Below are positions 9,188-16,437 of a DNA stretch of 64,000 bases, in pieces. The stretch is from the sequence record ON190024.1, one strand, 5' to 3'. Both the position numbers and the translations under genes were made by a program. The notes beneath the pieces were generated by a model. That model did not search any database. It had not been told where the DNA came from and saw only the letters and a list, made by a program, of their open reading frames with translations. Within the stretch, counting starts at the first letter, position 1. Each line of letters starts with the position of its first letter.

Positions 9188-9211
9188 AAAAAACCTGCTC
9201 AAGGCAGGTTC
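9188..9211 (-). terminator. terminator ending the stable-RNA cluster
   Basis: AACCTGC-cttga-GCAGGTT followed by a T-run on the minus strand. Confidence 0.8.
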
Positions 9212-9226
9212 TAATGTGCAATACAC

Positions 9227-9472
9227 AGACATTCGAGAATTGTTTTATCGTCTTTCCTTAAATCTCAATTGACTATCTCGATGTTTCTCATCAAGAGAAT
9301 ACCCATGATTCGGCATGAGACCTATTTCGTTTAACAGTACGAACACCGTCTTAATGGTCATTTCCTACCACGAGAATGCGACAGGCTCACGTCATCACTG
9401 AGAAAGCAGCTAGTGCGCCTCATTACTATTAAAGTTTGCTTCTTTGATTAGTAATATTGCTGTACAATGTCT
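9227..9472 (-). ncRNA. candidate ncRNA B1 (246 nt, end-paired, CAGCAA motif)
   Basis: Terminal helix AGACATT/AATGTCT; paralogous to 11502-11715 with a covarying hairpin. Confidence 0.65.
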
Positions 9473-9483
9473 TATTGCGAATT

Positions 9484-9572
9484 TGGCGGAGATACTGGGA
9501 ATCGAACCCAGAGAACGCTATTAACGTCCGACACCTTAGCAGGGTGCTGTCATACCTTTAGACCATATCTCC
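9484..9572 (-). tRNA. tRNA-Ser(GCT)
   Basis: Cloverleaf with long variable arm, loop CTGCTAA, encoded CCA. Confidence 0.95.
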
Positions 9573-9577
9573 GTAGA

Positions 9578-9757
9578 TCATTTCTTACCACGCTCTGCTT
9601 TGCTAATCTCGACAGCAGCGATTTGCGCGTTGGCTTCTTTCTCAGTGTCATGAGTACCAAGTACTCGACCTTTAGATGAAAGAGCAACCCATTTGTCGCC
9701 ACGCTTCTCGACTTTCTCAACAAGCTTGTGGTATTCATCAAAAGTTTTAAGTTTCAT
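9578..9757 (-). CDS. 59-aa late protein, possible internal head protein
   Basis: Manual translation MKLKTFDEYHKLVEKVEKRGDKWVALSSKGRVLGTHDTEKEANAQIAAVEISKAERGKK; perfect TATAAATA at 9783-9790. Confidence 0.7.
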   Translation of the reverse strand: MKLKTFDEYHKLVEKVEKRGDKWVALSSKGRVLGTHDTEKEANAQIAAVEISKAERGKK

Positions 9758-9782
9758 TTGTCATCCCTCAGTTAGTTTATTG

Positions 9783-9790
9783 TATTTATA
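9783..9790 (-). promoter_or_regulatory. T4 late promoter TATAAATA
   Basis: Exact consensus upstream of 9757. Confidence 0.8.
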
Positions 9791-10013
9791 ACTGAACGAC
9801 TTTTAAACAGTGGCATGCTGCTCTCATGCTCAGACACATATTTGCTCTTATTGCAGGCGTGTGCCACGCGCAGCGCAGATCCCTTTTGATAATTTAATGA
9901 CCAGCGGGACTCTTAGCAGGTCTTACACATAGCCTTTCAGCTATATCTTCTTTTAAGACCATAGTGTCGTACGGTCTAATCACTCTCTTTCGATTCGCGT
10001 TGCTAAGTGAATT

Positions 10014-10090
10014 TGGTGCCCAACCCGAGATTCGAACTCGGATCATCTAGTGTTTGAAACTAGCGCCTCTGCCAATTGGACTAGTTGGGC
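10014..10090 (-). tRNA. tRNA-Leu(CAA)
   Basis: Cloverleaf, loop TTCAAAC, CCA. Confidence 0.92.
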
Positions 10091-10205
10091 TTGAATGAGC
10101 TGCCGCAACTCTTTAATCCCTAACGCCTGTCAGCTTTCGCCCGGCTGAGACCGTTTTCAACGGCGGTAGTCTAGCTTCGTGTAGAACGCGGCTTATGCTA
10201 GAGTT

Positions 10206-10282
10206 TGGTACGCACGGGCGGATTCGAACCGCCATCCCTGAGATTTTAAGCCTCATGCCTCTGCCAATTGGACCACGTGCGC
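10206..10282 (-). tRNA. tRNA-Leu(TAA)
   Basis: Cloverleaf, loop CTTAAAA, CCA. Confidence 0.92.
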
Positions 10283-10284
10283 AG

Positions 10285-10358
10285 TGGAGCCCGAACAGAG
10301 AATCGAACTCTGACCGCGGGATTTGCAATCCCTCATACTTCCATTATACGATTCGGGC
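10285..10358 (-). tRNA. tRNA-Cys(GCA)
   Basis: Cloverleaf, loop TTGCAAA, U73-CCA. Confidence 0.92.
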
Positions 10359-10461
10359 AATATGTTAGTGCATTGCATGAGCTACTGGCGATCTTAATGG
10401 GTATTTCAAGCATTCAGAATTCCCATGCGCTACTACAATGCTTTTTTCGCTAAATGCACTT

Positions 10462-10539
10462 TGGGGTGACAGACGGGGATCGAACCCGCATCTTCCGGAA
10501 TCACAACCCGGGGGTATTTCCACTTCACCCACTGCCACA
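10462..10539 (-). tRNA. tRNA-His(GTG)
   Basis: Cloverleaf, loop TTGTGAT, C73; the genomic -1 base reads T rather than G. Confidence 0.88.
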
Positions 10540-10592
10540 CCAAAGTACACTTTGGGATGTTTACGACATCAAACGAATGCGCTCCCTGTGCA

Positions 10593-10832
10593 TTAATCAG
10601 TTTTCTTTAAGTAGATACTATCAGGCGATAGCTCTCTCGTAAACATATTTTTGAAATAAATTTCGATGTCATCAGAAGTTGTTGAAGACTCAATTTCAAG
10701 AGCACGTTCTAAAATCTTACCGCGTTTATAACCAGCGCGCCAACAGTCAAACATAAGTCTGTCCATGCGTTTCAGTTTTTCAATTTGGTTTTGATTTACG
10801 TATTCGTGAGTTTCAAGTAATACAGGCGTCAT
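10593..10832 (-). CDS. hypothetical protein
   Basis: 79-aa ORF between tRNAs. Confidence 0.6.
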   Translation of the reverse strand: MTPVLLETHEYVNQNQIEKLKRMDRLMFDCWRAGYKRGKILERALEIESSTTSDDIEIYFKNMFTRELSPDSIYLKKTD

Positions 10833-10855
10833 AATTTATTTCTCATCATAAAGAA

Positions 10856-10929
10856 TGGTAGTCCCTAGTGGAATCGAGCCACTTCTTTCTCTGTGTAAAA
10901 GAGACGTACTGCCATTATACTAAGGGACC
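10856..10929 (-). tRNA. tRNA-Val(TAC)
   Basis: Cloverleaf, loop TTTACAC, T-loop CTCGATT, CCA. Confidence 0.9.
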
Positions 10930-10934
10930 AAAAT

Positions 10935-11008
10935 TGGAGCGGGTACACGGACTCGAACCGAGACGAACGACTTGGAAGGACGTCATGCTACCATTACATC
11001 ATACCCGC
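10935..11008 (-). tRNA. tRNA-Gly(TCC)
   Basis: Loop CTTCCAA, single mismatches in the anticodon and T stems, CCA. Confidence 0.88.
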
Positions 11009-11012
11009 ATTG

Positions 11013-11207
11013 TTAATCTGAAGCGTCGAACAAATCACGTATTGCACGCAGATTCGTAAGCTCTACAGTAAGTGTTCTTATAAAGAACGGGTTGGTCTCT
11101 TTCGCGAGACGATTTTCAACACAGCGAATCTTATCGCGTATGTTGCCCTTGCTTAGTGTAAAGTAGTCATGCTTCTTATCCTCTTTGCTTGAATTTGGTG
11201 GAGACAC
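11013..11207 (-). CDS. hypothetical protein (true start uncertain)
   Basis: Short ORF between tRNAs; the annotated start overlaps a tRNA. Confidence 0.45.
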   Translation of the reverse strand: MSPPNSSKEDKKHDYFTLSKGNIRDKIRCVENRLAKETNPFFIRTLTVELTNLRAIRDLFDASD

Positions 11208-11271
11208 CGATACTCGAAATCGGATCTAATGGCTTATGAGACCATTGCTCTACCACTTGAGCTACATCTCC
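11196..11271 (-). tRNA. tRNA-CAT (probably elongator Met)
   Basis: Cloverleaf, loop CTCATAA, CCA. Confidence 0.9.
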
Positions 11272-11501
11272 AAAAGTAGTAATTAACTCATTTAATCGCA
11301 CACGGGCTGACACCATATATTCATGGTCTGAGCGAGGAACCACATAGTGGGTACTATTACCTCATCTTAGTTTTGATTGTTTTACATGACGATAACTAGA
11401 AACGTTCATAATAATGCCACGCGATACTTCCTGTATCACGGCTAACTGAGTTAGCATAAAGTGCCTTTCGGCTGTAGTGTCGTTTCCGACGAATTAAGTA
11501 C

Positions 11502-11715
11502 AGACAATACCGAAGTGTTTTTTCGTCTTTAACATGAATCGGAGTTGACTATCTTGTTGCTTCTCAACAAGCAAATATCGTCTGTTTCAGCGACGCGCCT
11601 ATCTGACTATTTCTAGGCAGAGAGAATCTTTCCTTTCAAGCTGCACCGAAGCACTGCCCAGGTTAAGATCATTACCATTTTTAGTAAGATTTTAATTTGT
11701 TGCTGTATATTGTCT
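11502..11715 (-). ncRNA. candidate ncRNA B2 (214 nt, end-paired, CAGCAA motif)
   Basis: Terminal helix AGACAATA/TATTGTCT; paralog of 9227-9472. Confidence 0.65.
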
Positions 11716-11776
11716 CTCAAACCATGCTCGTGATATGCCGAAGCAAGTATCATTCGCCGCATGATAGAGCTTAATC

Positions 11777-11852
11777 TGGCATCCCCAGAGGGATTCGAAC
11801 CCACAACCCACGACTTAGAAGGTCGTTGCTCTTCCAATTGAGCTATGAGGAC
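11777..11852 (-). tRNA. tRNA-Arg(TCT)
   Basis: Cloverleaf, loop CTTCTAA, CCA. Confidence 0.93.
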
Positions 11853-11929
11853 GTTGAAAAGAATTCGATCCATGAGCTATTGCGTAGAAGATGGTAGTAA
11901 AGAGACTCTACACTCATGTGATCGAAATT

Positions 11930-12004
11930 TGGTGGACACGCAGGGAGTCGAACCCTATCTTCCTCATTGCAAGTGAGGCGCTTTCCCAATTAAGCTAACG
12001 GCCC
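11930..12004 (-). tRNA. tRNA-Ala(TGC), irregular acceptor stem
   Basis: Loop CTTGCAA and G3:U70 present; the acceptor needs a bulge to pair. Confidence 0.8.
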
Positions 12005-12011
12005 ATAATTA

Positions 12012-12221
12012 TTACAACTGTGTGATTGAAATATGATCCCAGCCGTATAGACCTTCAAGCTCTTCAATCGGCTCACCAACAATATCAGAAATATATTCAG
12101 CAACTTTTGCTTCAATTTCTTCATCAGATAGTTTTTCATCAACGGAAAAAGCATCTTCGTTATTGTTGCCACCGAAATAGCCACCAATGTCATATTCACA
12201 CCATATTGAAATATAGTTCAT
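12012..12221 (-). CDS. small acidic hypothetical protein
   Basis: Start MNYISIWCEY with GAGA SD. Confidence 0.65.
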   Translation of the reverse strand: MNYISIWCEYDIGGYFGGNNNEDAFSVDEKLSDEEIEAKVAEYISDIVGEPIEELEGLYGWDHISITQL

Positions 12222-12246
12222 GTTATTCTCACAGTTGTTTAGAAAA

Positions 12247-12322
12247 TGGTGCCCTGACACGGATTTGAACCGCGAACCTGCTCATTACAAGTGAGCTGCA
12301 CTGCCAGTTGTGCTATCAGGGC
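12247..12322 (-). tRNA. tRNA-Thr(TGT)
   Basis: Cloverleaf, loop CTTGTAA, CCA. Confidence 0.95.
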
Positions 12323-12360
12323 GTTACTGAGTGTTATTACTTGCGTCGTCCAGACCAGAG

Positions 12361-12449
12361 ATACCAACTCTGAAAGGGAATCGAACCCCAAACATTTCTT
12401 TTCGTAAGAAGAATATTAGTAATTGTTTGCTGAAAACACTCTTCGGTAT
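12361..12449 (-). ncRNA. candidate small RNA: motif hairpin plus T-arm
   Basis: GAAGAGT-GTTTTCAGCAAAC...-ATTCTTC hairpin, then GGGG-TTCGATT-CCCT; ATACC/GGTAT closing. Confidence 0.55.
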
Positions 12450-12450
12450 T

Positions 12451-12524
12451 TGGCAGGGGATAACGGATTCGAACCGGTACTGCGTGAGTCAAAGTCACGT
12501 ATGCTGCCTTTACATCAATCCCCT
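12451..12524 (-). tRNA. tRNA-Gln(TTG)
   Basis: Cloverleaf, loop CTTTGAC, G73-CCA. Confidence 0.92.
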
Positions 12525-12543
12525 ATTATTCTTAAATTATCTT

Positions 12544-12619
12544 TGGCGGAACCGACGGGTTTCGAACCCGCTACCTTCTCCGTGACAGGGAGACATGCAA
12601 CCACTTACACCTCGGCTCC
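12544..12619 (-). tRNA. tRNA-Asp(GTC)
   Basis: Cloverleaf, loop CTGTCAC, CCA. Confidence 0.95.
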
Positions 12620-12842
12620 CCAAAGACAACTTAATAGTTGCTTTGTGCTCGTGCAAACCAAACACTAGCTGAACGACTTCTTGATTTCTTAGTTTTACTA
12701 CACATTCCCTCGCTAAAGGGCATCATCGTTCTTGTTTTTAACAAATGCTATGAAAGTGAGATCTTGCTATGCAGGAGGTTTCAAATCTCTGCACACAAGC
12801 AGACATCGCAACCAACGCTCTCAAACATTGTCATGGTCAAAC

Positions 12843-12917
12843 TGGCGCTCCGTGTAGGACTCGAACCTACAGCCTTTCGGTTAACAGCCGATTGCTCCAC
12901 CATTGAGCTAACGAAGC
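12843..12917 (-). tRNA. tRNA-Asn(GTT)
   Basis: Cloverleaf, loop CTGTTAA, CCA. Confidence 0.95.
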
Positions 12918-12920
12918 GTA

Positions 12921-13298
12921 TTATTTATTCGATGCGTGTTCTTCTCTGTGGCAATTCGCACATAACATGATGCATTTATCAAGCTCTGGGACAATTCTCT
13001 CCCATCGTTTGCAACCGCCACTAGCAATGCCAAAGTCTTTCCCATTCGGGTCTGTATGATGAAACTCTAATGCTTCAATGCACTTATCATACCCACATCG
13101 TTCACAGCAACCACCTTTATATTCAACCGCCCTCAATTTAGTACGGCGTCTATATGATACCACTGCTTCTTTATTCTTTTGTTTTCTCTCGTCATCTGTT
13201 CGAAATTTCAATTTCTTACCGTTGTATAAACCAGCACATCGACGACTACAGAATTTATTGTTGTGTGTTTCTGCACCACACTCTAAGCATTTATTCAT
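12921..13298 (-). CDS. small HNH endonuclease
   Basis: CxxC/CxxxC zinc motifs; CERCGY...LEFHH...KCIMLCANCHREEH. Confidence 0.8.
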   Translation of the reverse strand: MNKCLECGAETHNNKFCSRRCAGLYNGKKLKFRTDDERKQKNKEAVVSYRRRTKLRAVEYKGGCCERCGYDKCIEALEFHHTDPNGKDFGIASGGCKRWERIVPELDKCIMLCANCHREEHASNK

Positions 13299-13439
13299 CT
13301 GAATTACTCAATTAATAGTTAATAAAGTAACCCAAAGGAGAGTATAGCCCGCCACATTCGTAAGTGAATGACTCTATTACTACTTAGCAATTACATTCAA
13401 GCGTTACCAAGAACCATGCCACGTAGCTTTAAATTAAAC

Positions 13440-13497
13440 AGCAATCCTTTTCTCTTTTTCCAAATAAAAGTTTTGTATTGTTTGCTGAAAGATTGCT
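13440..13497 (-). ncRNA. candidate 58-nt end-paired RNA with CAGCAA motif
   Basis: AGCAATC-TTTCAGCAAAC...AAAAG-GATTGCT. Confidence 0.55.
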
Positions 13498-13503
13498 TAA
13501 TTC

Positions 13504-13577
13504 TGGCAGGGACATAGAGATTCGAACTCTAACGAACGGGTTTGGAATCCGTCATGCTGCCGTTACATCATGTCCCT
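13504..13577 (-). tRNA. tRNA-Trp(CCA)
   Basis: Cloverleaf, loop TTCCAAA, G73-CCA. Confidence 0.92.
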
Positions 13578-13583
13578 AAAATT

Positions 13584-13657
13584 TGGTAGCCCCAGACAGA
13601 CTCGAACTGTCAACGTGCGATTATCGGTCGCGTGTTTTACCGTTAAACTATGGAGCT
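13584..13657 (-). tRNA. tRNA-Ile(GAT)
   Basis: Cloverleaf, loop CCGATAA, CCA. Confidence 0.9.
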
Positions 13658-13721
13658 AAAGTGAGCACATTTCAGTGCTCGTGTTAATCGGTTAAGTGAC
13701 TAAACTTCCCGGTTAACTAAT

Positions 13722-13820
13722 TGGCGGAAGACTAGGGATTCGAACCCTAACATCACCTCCCGGTGACCGACGGTTTTCAAGACCGTTGCCGCTACCCAGA
13801 ATCTTTCGGCTAAGCCTTCC
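13722..13820 (-). tRNA. tRNA-Ser(TGA), enlarged D loop
   Basis: Loop CTTGAAA, long variable arm, CCA. Confidence 0.9.
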
Positions 13821-13827
13821 ATTAATT

Positions 13828-13904
13828 TGGTTGCGTGGGGCTGGATTCGAACCAGCGTTCTCCGGCTTATGAGACCGACGAGATGACCACTTCTCTACCC
13901 CGCA
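13828..13904 (-). tRNA. tRNA-Met(CAT), initiator-like
   Basis: Resembles bacterial tRNA-fMet body (GCGGGG...CCCC-CGCAACCA); loop CTCATAA. Confidence 0.88.
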
Positions 13905-13913
13905 ATTATTCAA

Positions 13914-14001
13914 CAGCTTGCGTTCTTTGGTCTGTTTATCGCTGTCTGAACTGAGTTCGCCGAGCGATCAATAGATTAAGTTAAATTGCAGTATGCAAGC
14001 T
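13914..14001 (-). ncRNA. candidate end-paired RNA with CTGCAA motif variant
   Basis: AGCTTGC-ATACTGCAAT...ATCGCT/AGCGAT hairpin...AAAGAAC-GCAAGCT. Confidence 0.5.
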
Positions 14002-14006
14002 AAATT

Positions 14007-14092
14007 TGGTGGAGCGTAGAGGAATCGAACCTCTCTTCCCATTACGGGACACGGATTTACAGTCCGCTGCGCCACCTTGGCGCATACGCTCC
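14007..14092 (-). tRNA. tRNA-Tyr(GTA)
   Basis: Loop CTGTAAA, variable arm, CCA. Confidence 0.92.
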
Positions 14093-14098
14093 GGAATT

Positions 14099-14172
14099 TG
14101 GTACTCGATACGGGAGTCGAACCCGTCCTACTTCCTTGAAAGGGAAGTGACCTACCGATAGTCGAATCGAGC
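14099..14172 (-). tRNA. tRNA-Glu(TTC)
   Basis: Cloverleaf, loop CTTTCAA, CCA. Confidence 0.92.
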
Positions 14173-14235
14173 ATTAAATTGTATATTGATTTGCAAGCTA
14201 ATCAACTCGCAAAGCGATACACAATGTATCTAATT

Positions 14236-14312
14236 TGGTACGCCGCCCTGGACTCGAACCAGACACCTGAGAGTTAAAAGCTCCCTGCTCTTCCATGATG
14301 AGCTACCGACGC
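14236..14312 (-). tRNA. tRNA-Lys(TTT) copy 1
   Basis: Loop CTTTTAA, CCA. Confidence 0.9.
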
Positions 14313-14323
14313 ATTATAAAATC

Positions 14324-14398
14324 TGGTGGGTCGCATGAGATTCGAACTCACACCGGTCTGGTTAAAAGCCAGATGTACTACCGTTATACGAACGACCC
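14324..14398 (-). tRNA. tRNA-Lys(TTT) copy 2
   Basis: Loop CTTTTAA, CCA; body unrelated to copy 1. Confidence 0.92.
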
Positions 14399-14404
14399 AG
14401 AATG

Positions 14405-14479
14405 TGGTGCACCCCCTCGGAATCGAACCGAGCACTGCGGGACTTCAATCCGCCGCTTTTCCTGATAAGCTAAGGGTGC
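14405..14479 (-). tRNA. tRNA-Phe(GAA)
   Basis: Loop TTGAAGT, CCA. Confidence 0.88.
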
Positions 14480-14480
14480 A

Positions 14481-14557
14481 TGGTACGCATGAAGAGATTC
14501 GAACTCTTATCATTCGGCTTCTAAGACCGACGCCTCTGCCAATTGGGCTACATGCGC
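14481..14557 (-). tRNA. tRNA-Leu(TAG)
   Basis: Loop CTTAGAA, CCA. Confidence 0.92.
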
Positions 14558-14584
14558 ATTAAATTTTGTAAACTTCTTTTCTTC

Positions 14585-14614
14585 ATTGTACATGATGTTT
14601 ATATCGTTGTAAAC
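14585..14614 (-). promoter_or_regulatory. early-type promoter inside the tRNA cluster
   Basis: GTTTAC(A)...TACAAT with upstream A-tract; GATGTTTA/TAAACATC inverted repeat overlaps it. Confidence 0.7.
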
Positions 14615-14779
14615 ATCTTTTTTTGAATTTATTTTGAAGAACTTAACGTTTTCATTTTTCTATGTGTTAATCTTAACACTCGATCAAGACATCTTAAACA
14701 CTAATTTGTGAAAAAGTTCGTTAAATTCTATCATCACGACAGTACTTAACGAGATACGGTCCTAAGCGTATCAAATCAA

Positions 14780-14907
14780 TTCAGAATGGTGAGACTTGAA
14801 CTCACTTCGAGTAATAGCGTAAACTAACAGTTGTTGCCAGAGGCTATCAATTATTCTCTACCGAGTATGTTGCAACTCTGCATTTCCCCATTTCTAGGCA
14901 TTCTGAA
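14780..14907 (-). ncRNA. tRNA-like element without CCA
   Basis: TTCAGAATG/CATTCTGAA terminal helix, T-arm GTGAG-TTCAAGT-CTCAC, internal GATAGC/GCTATT hairpin. Confidence 0.5.
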
Positions 14908-14910
14908 ATA

Positions 14911-14986
14911 TGGCACCCAATACAAGATTCGAACTTGTAACCTTCGCCTTCGTAGGGCGCTGCTCTTCCAATTGAGCTAATCGGGC
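14911..14986 (-). tRNA. tRNA-Arg(ACG)
   Basis: Loop CTACGAA, CCA. Confidence 0.92.
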
Positions 14987-14994
14987 ATTAAAAC

Positions 14995-15071
14995 TGGTCC
15001 GTGACAAGCGATTCGAACGCTTAACTTCTCCGCCCCAAACGGAGTACTCTACCAGATTGAGCTAGTCACGG
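14995..15071 (-). tRNA. tRNA-Pro(TGG) copy 1
   Basis: Loop TTTGGGG, CCA. Confidence 0.92.
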
Positions 15072-15080
15072 ATTTTAAAT

Positions 15081-15154
15081 TGGTCGGGACGAAGAGACTC
15101 GAACTCTTACCACATGCTCCCAAAGCATGAACGCTGCCTTTACGCCACGTCCCG
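15081..15154 (-). tRNA. tRNA-Pro(TGG) copy 2
   Basis: Loop TTTGGGA, CCA. Confidence 0.92.
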
Positions 15155-15523
15155 TTTGTTCTTTAACTTTGTTTATCATACTCTGCATTCAAAGTACGTT
15201 AAACAAAATTTTTTTGATTTCCTTCGCCCATAAAAAAGGACGCTACGTGCGTCCTCAAGTATACTTCTATGTTATACTATTGGACTACGTTTGTGGAGAC
15301 CACCCTTGTTTCGCACACGGATTCGCTAGATACACGAATTCTGAGCGCAGAAAATCGCTGCGTAAAATCATATCAGAATGTGTATTCGAATGTGTCATGG
15401 AAACTCTCTAAACGTTAAAATAAAAATGTTTTTGTTTGTATAATAGTACTTATAACATCAAATTTGACGATTTGCGGTATTTTCGCAGAAAATTGAAAAA
15501 AACTTCAACTTTCTGCGATTTTC

Positions 15524-15769
15524 TTATCGACCTAGGTGTTTTCGCTTGTTCATTTCAACGAGGATTTCATCGTTGTAATGACGGTTCAGTTCAACATACT
15601 TCTTGTGCTGATCTGAAGTCAACTCGTTGGTGTCATTCAGATGTTTCAAGAATCCAAGAGGTTTGCGAAACGACTTGCGATACTCGTTCAGACGCTCGTC
15701 AGTTAGATTATGCAGTTGTTTCGGAGTCAGTAACGTTTTATTGATGTCAAAACTCATGTTGTACCTCAC
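15524..15769 (-). CDS. hypothetical protein
   Basis: 81-aa ORF with GAGG SD. Confidence 0.6.
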   Translation of the reverse strand: MRYNMSFDINKTLLTPKQLHNLTDERLNEYRKSFRKPLGFLKHLNDTNELTSDQHKKYVELNRHYNDEILVEMNKRKHLGR

Positions 15770-15781
15770 TTGTTATAAAAT

Positions 15782-15897
15782 TGGTAGTCGGGGCTGGATT
15801 CGAACCAGCGACCACGTGCTTAACAGGCAATTGAAGGAGTGCTGGAGCGATACTTGTCAGTATCATTCTTCGTGCTCTACCACTGAGCTACCCGACT
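15782..15897 (-). ncRNA. tRNA-shaped RNA (Asn-GTT-like) with 41-nt insertion in the anticodon stem
   Basis: Removing 15830-15870 restores a 75-nt cloverleaf with CGTGC-CTGTTAA-GCACG arm and CCA. Confidence 0.8.
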
Positions 15898-15902
15898 ATG
15901 AA

Positions 15903-16424
15903 TTATTTAACTTTGAACTTCAAATTACGCCAGTCAAAGTTTCGTTTGTTCTTTGTGTTGTAGAACGTGCCCCAATCAATAGCAATCGGACAGTTCTTAC
16001 TACCTACACGAGCGATAAAGACATCGTGAGTCTCGCTGTAACGCTCTCTAAGCTCTTTTAAACGCTTATCGTAGTTAGCGATATACTCTGCACACGCTTT
16101 GTTGTAAGCTGCTTTAGAGAAGCGTTCGTCACTCGAAAATACATTACCCAGATAAGGTCGAATAACACGAACTCGTTCTTTAGACCAACCCATACTAAAG
16201 CTGTTTTCAATCTCACCTGAGATTTCACCAGTCTTCTTACATCTAGCAAGAATGACCCAGCAACGTTCACGCCGAAAATCTTTTCGTACGTACACGTTAA
16301 CGTGCTTGTCAATGTACTCTTGATAACGAGCGTTATACTCAGCACGCAGTTTATTGCGCACTTCAGGCGACATTGCAGCCCGTTCTTCTTTCGAAAACGC
16401 TTGTGCGAATTTCAATGGTTTCAT
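15903..16424 (-). CDS. hypothetical protein
   Basis: Start MKPLKF with GAGG SD; the upstream ATG in the ORF track lies inside a structured RNA. Confidence 0.7.
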   Translation of the reverse strand: MKPLKFAQAFSKEERAAMSPEVRNKLRAEYNARYQEYIDKHVNVYVRKDFRRERCWVILARCKKTGEISGEIENSFSMGWSKERVRVIRPYLGNVFSSDERFSKAAYNKACAEYIANYDKRLKELRERYSETHDVFIARVGSKNCPIAIDWGTFYNTKNKRNFDWRNLKFKVK

Positions 16425-16437
16425 TATAATTTCCTCT

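Noticed and set aside
15830-15870. Canonical tRNA intron (group I/II or BHB)
   Set aside because: Too short for self-splicing, no bulge-helix-bulge, and located in the anticodon stem rather than at 37/38.
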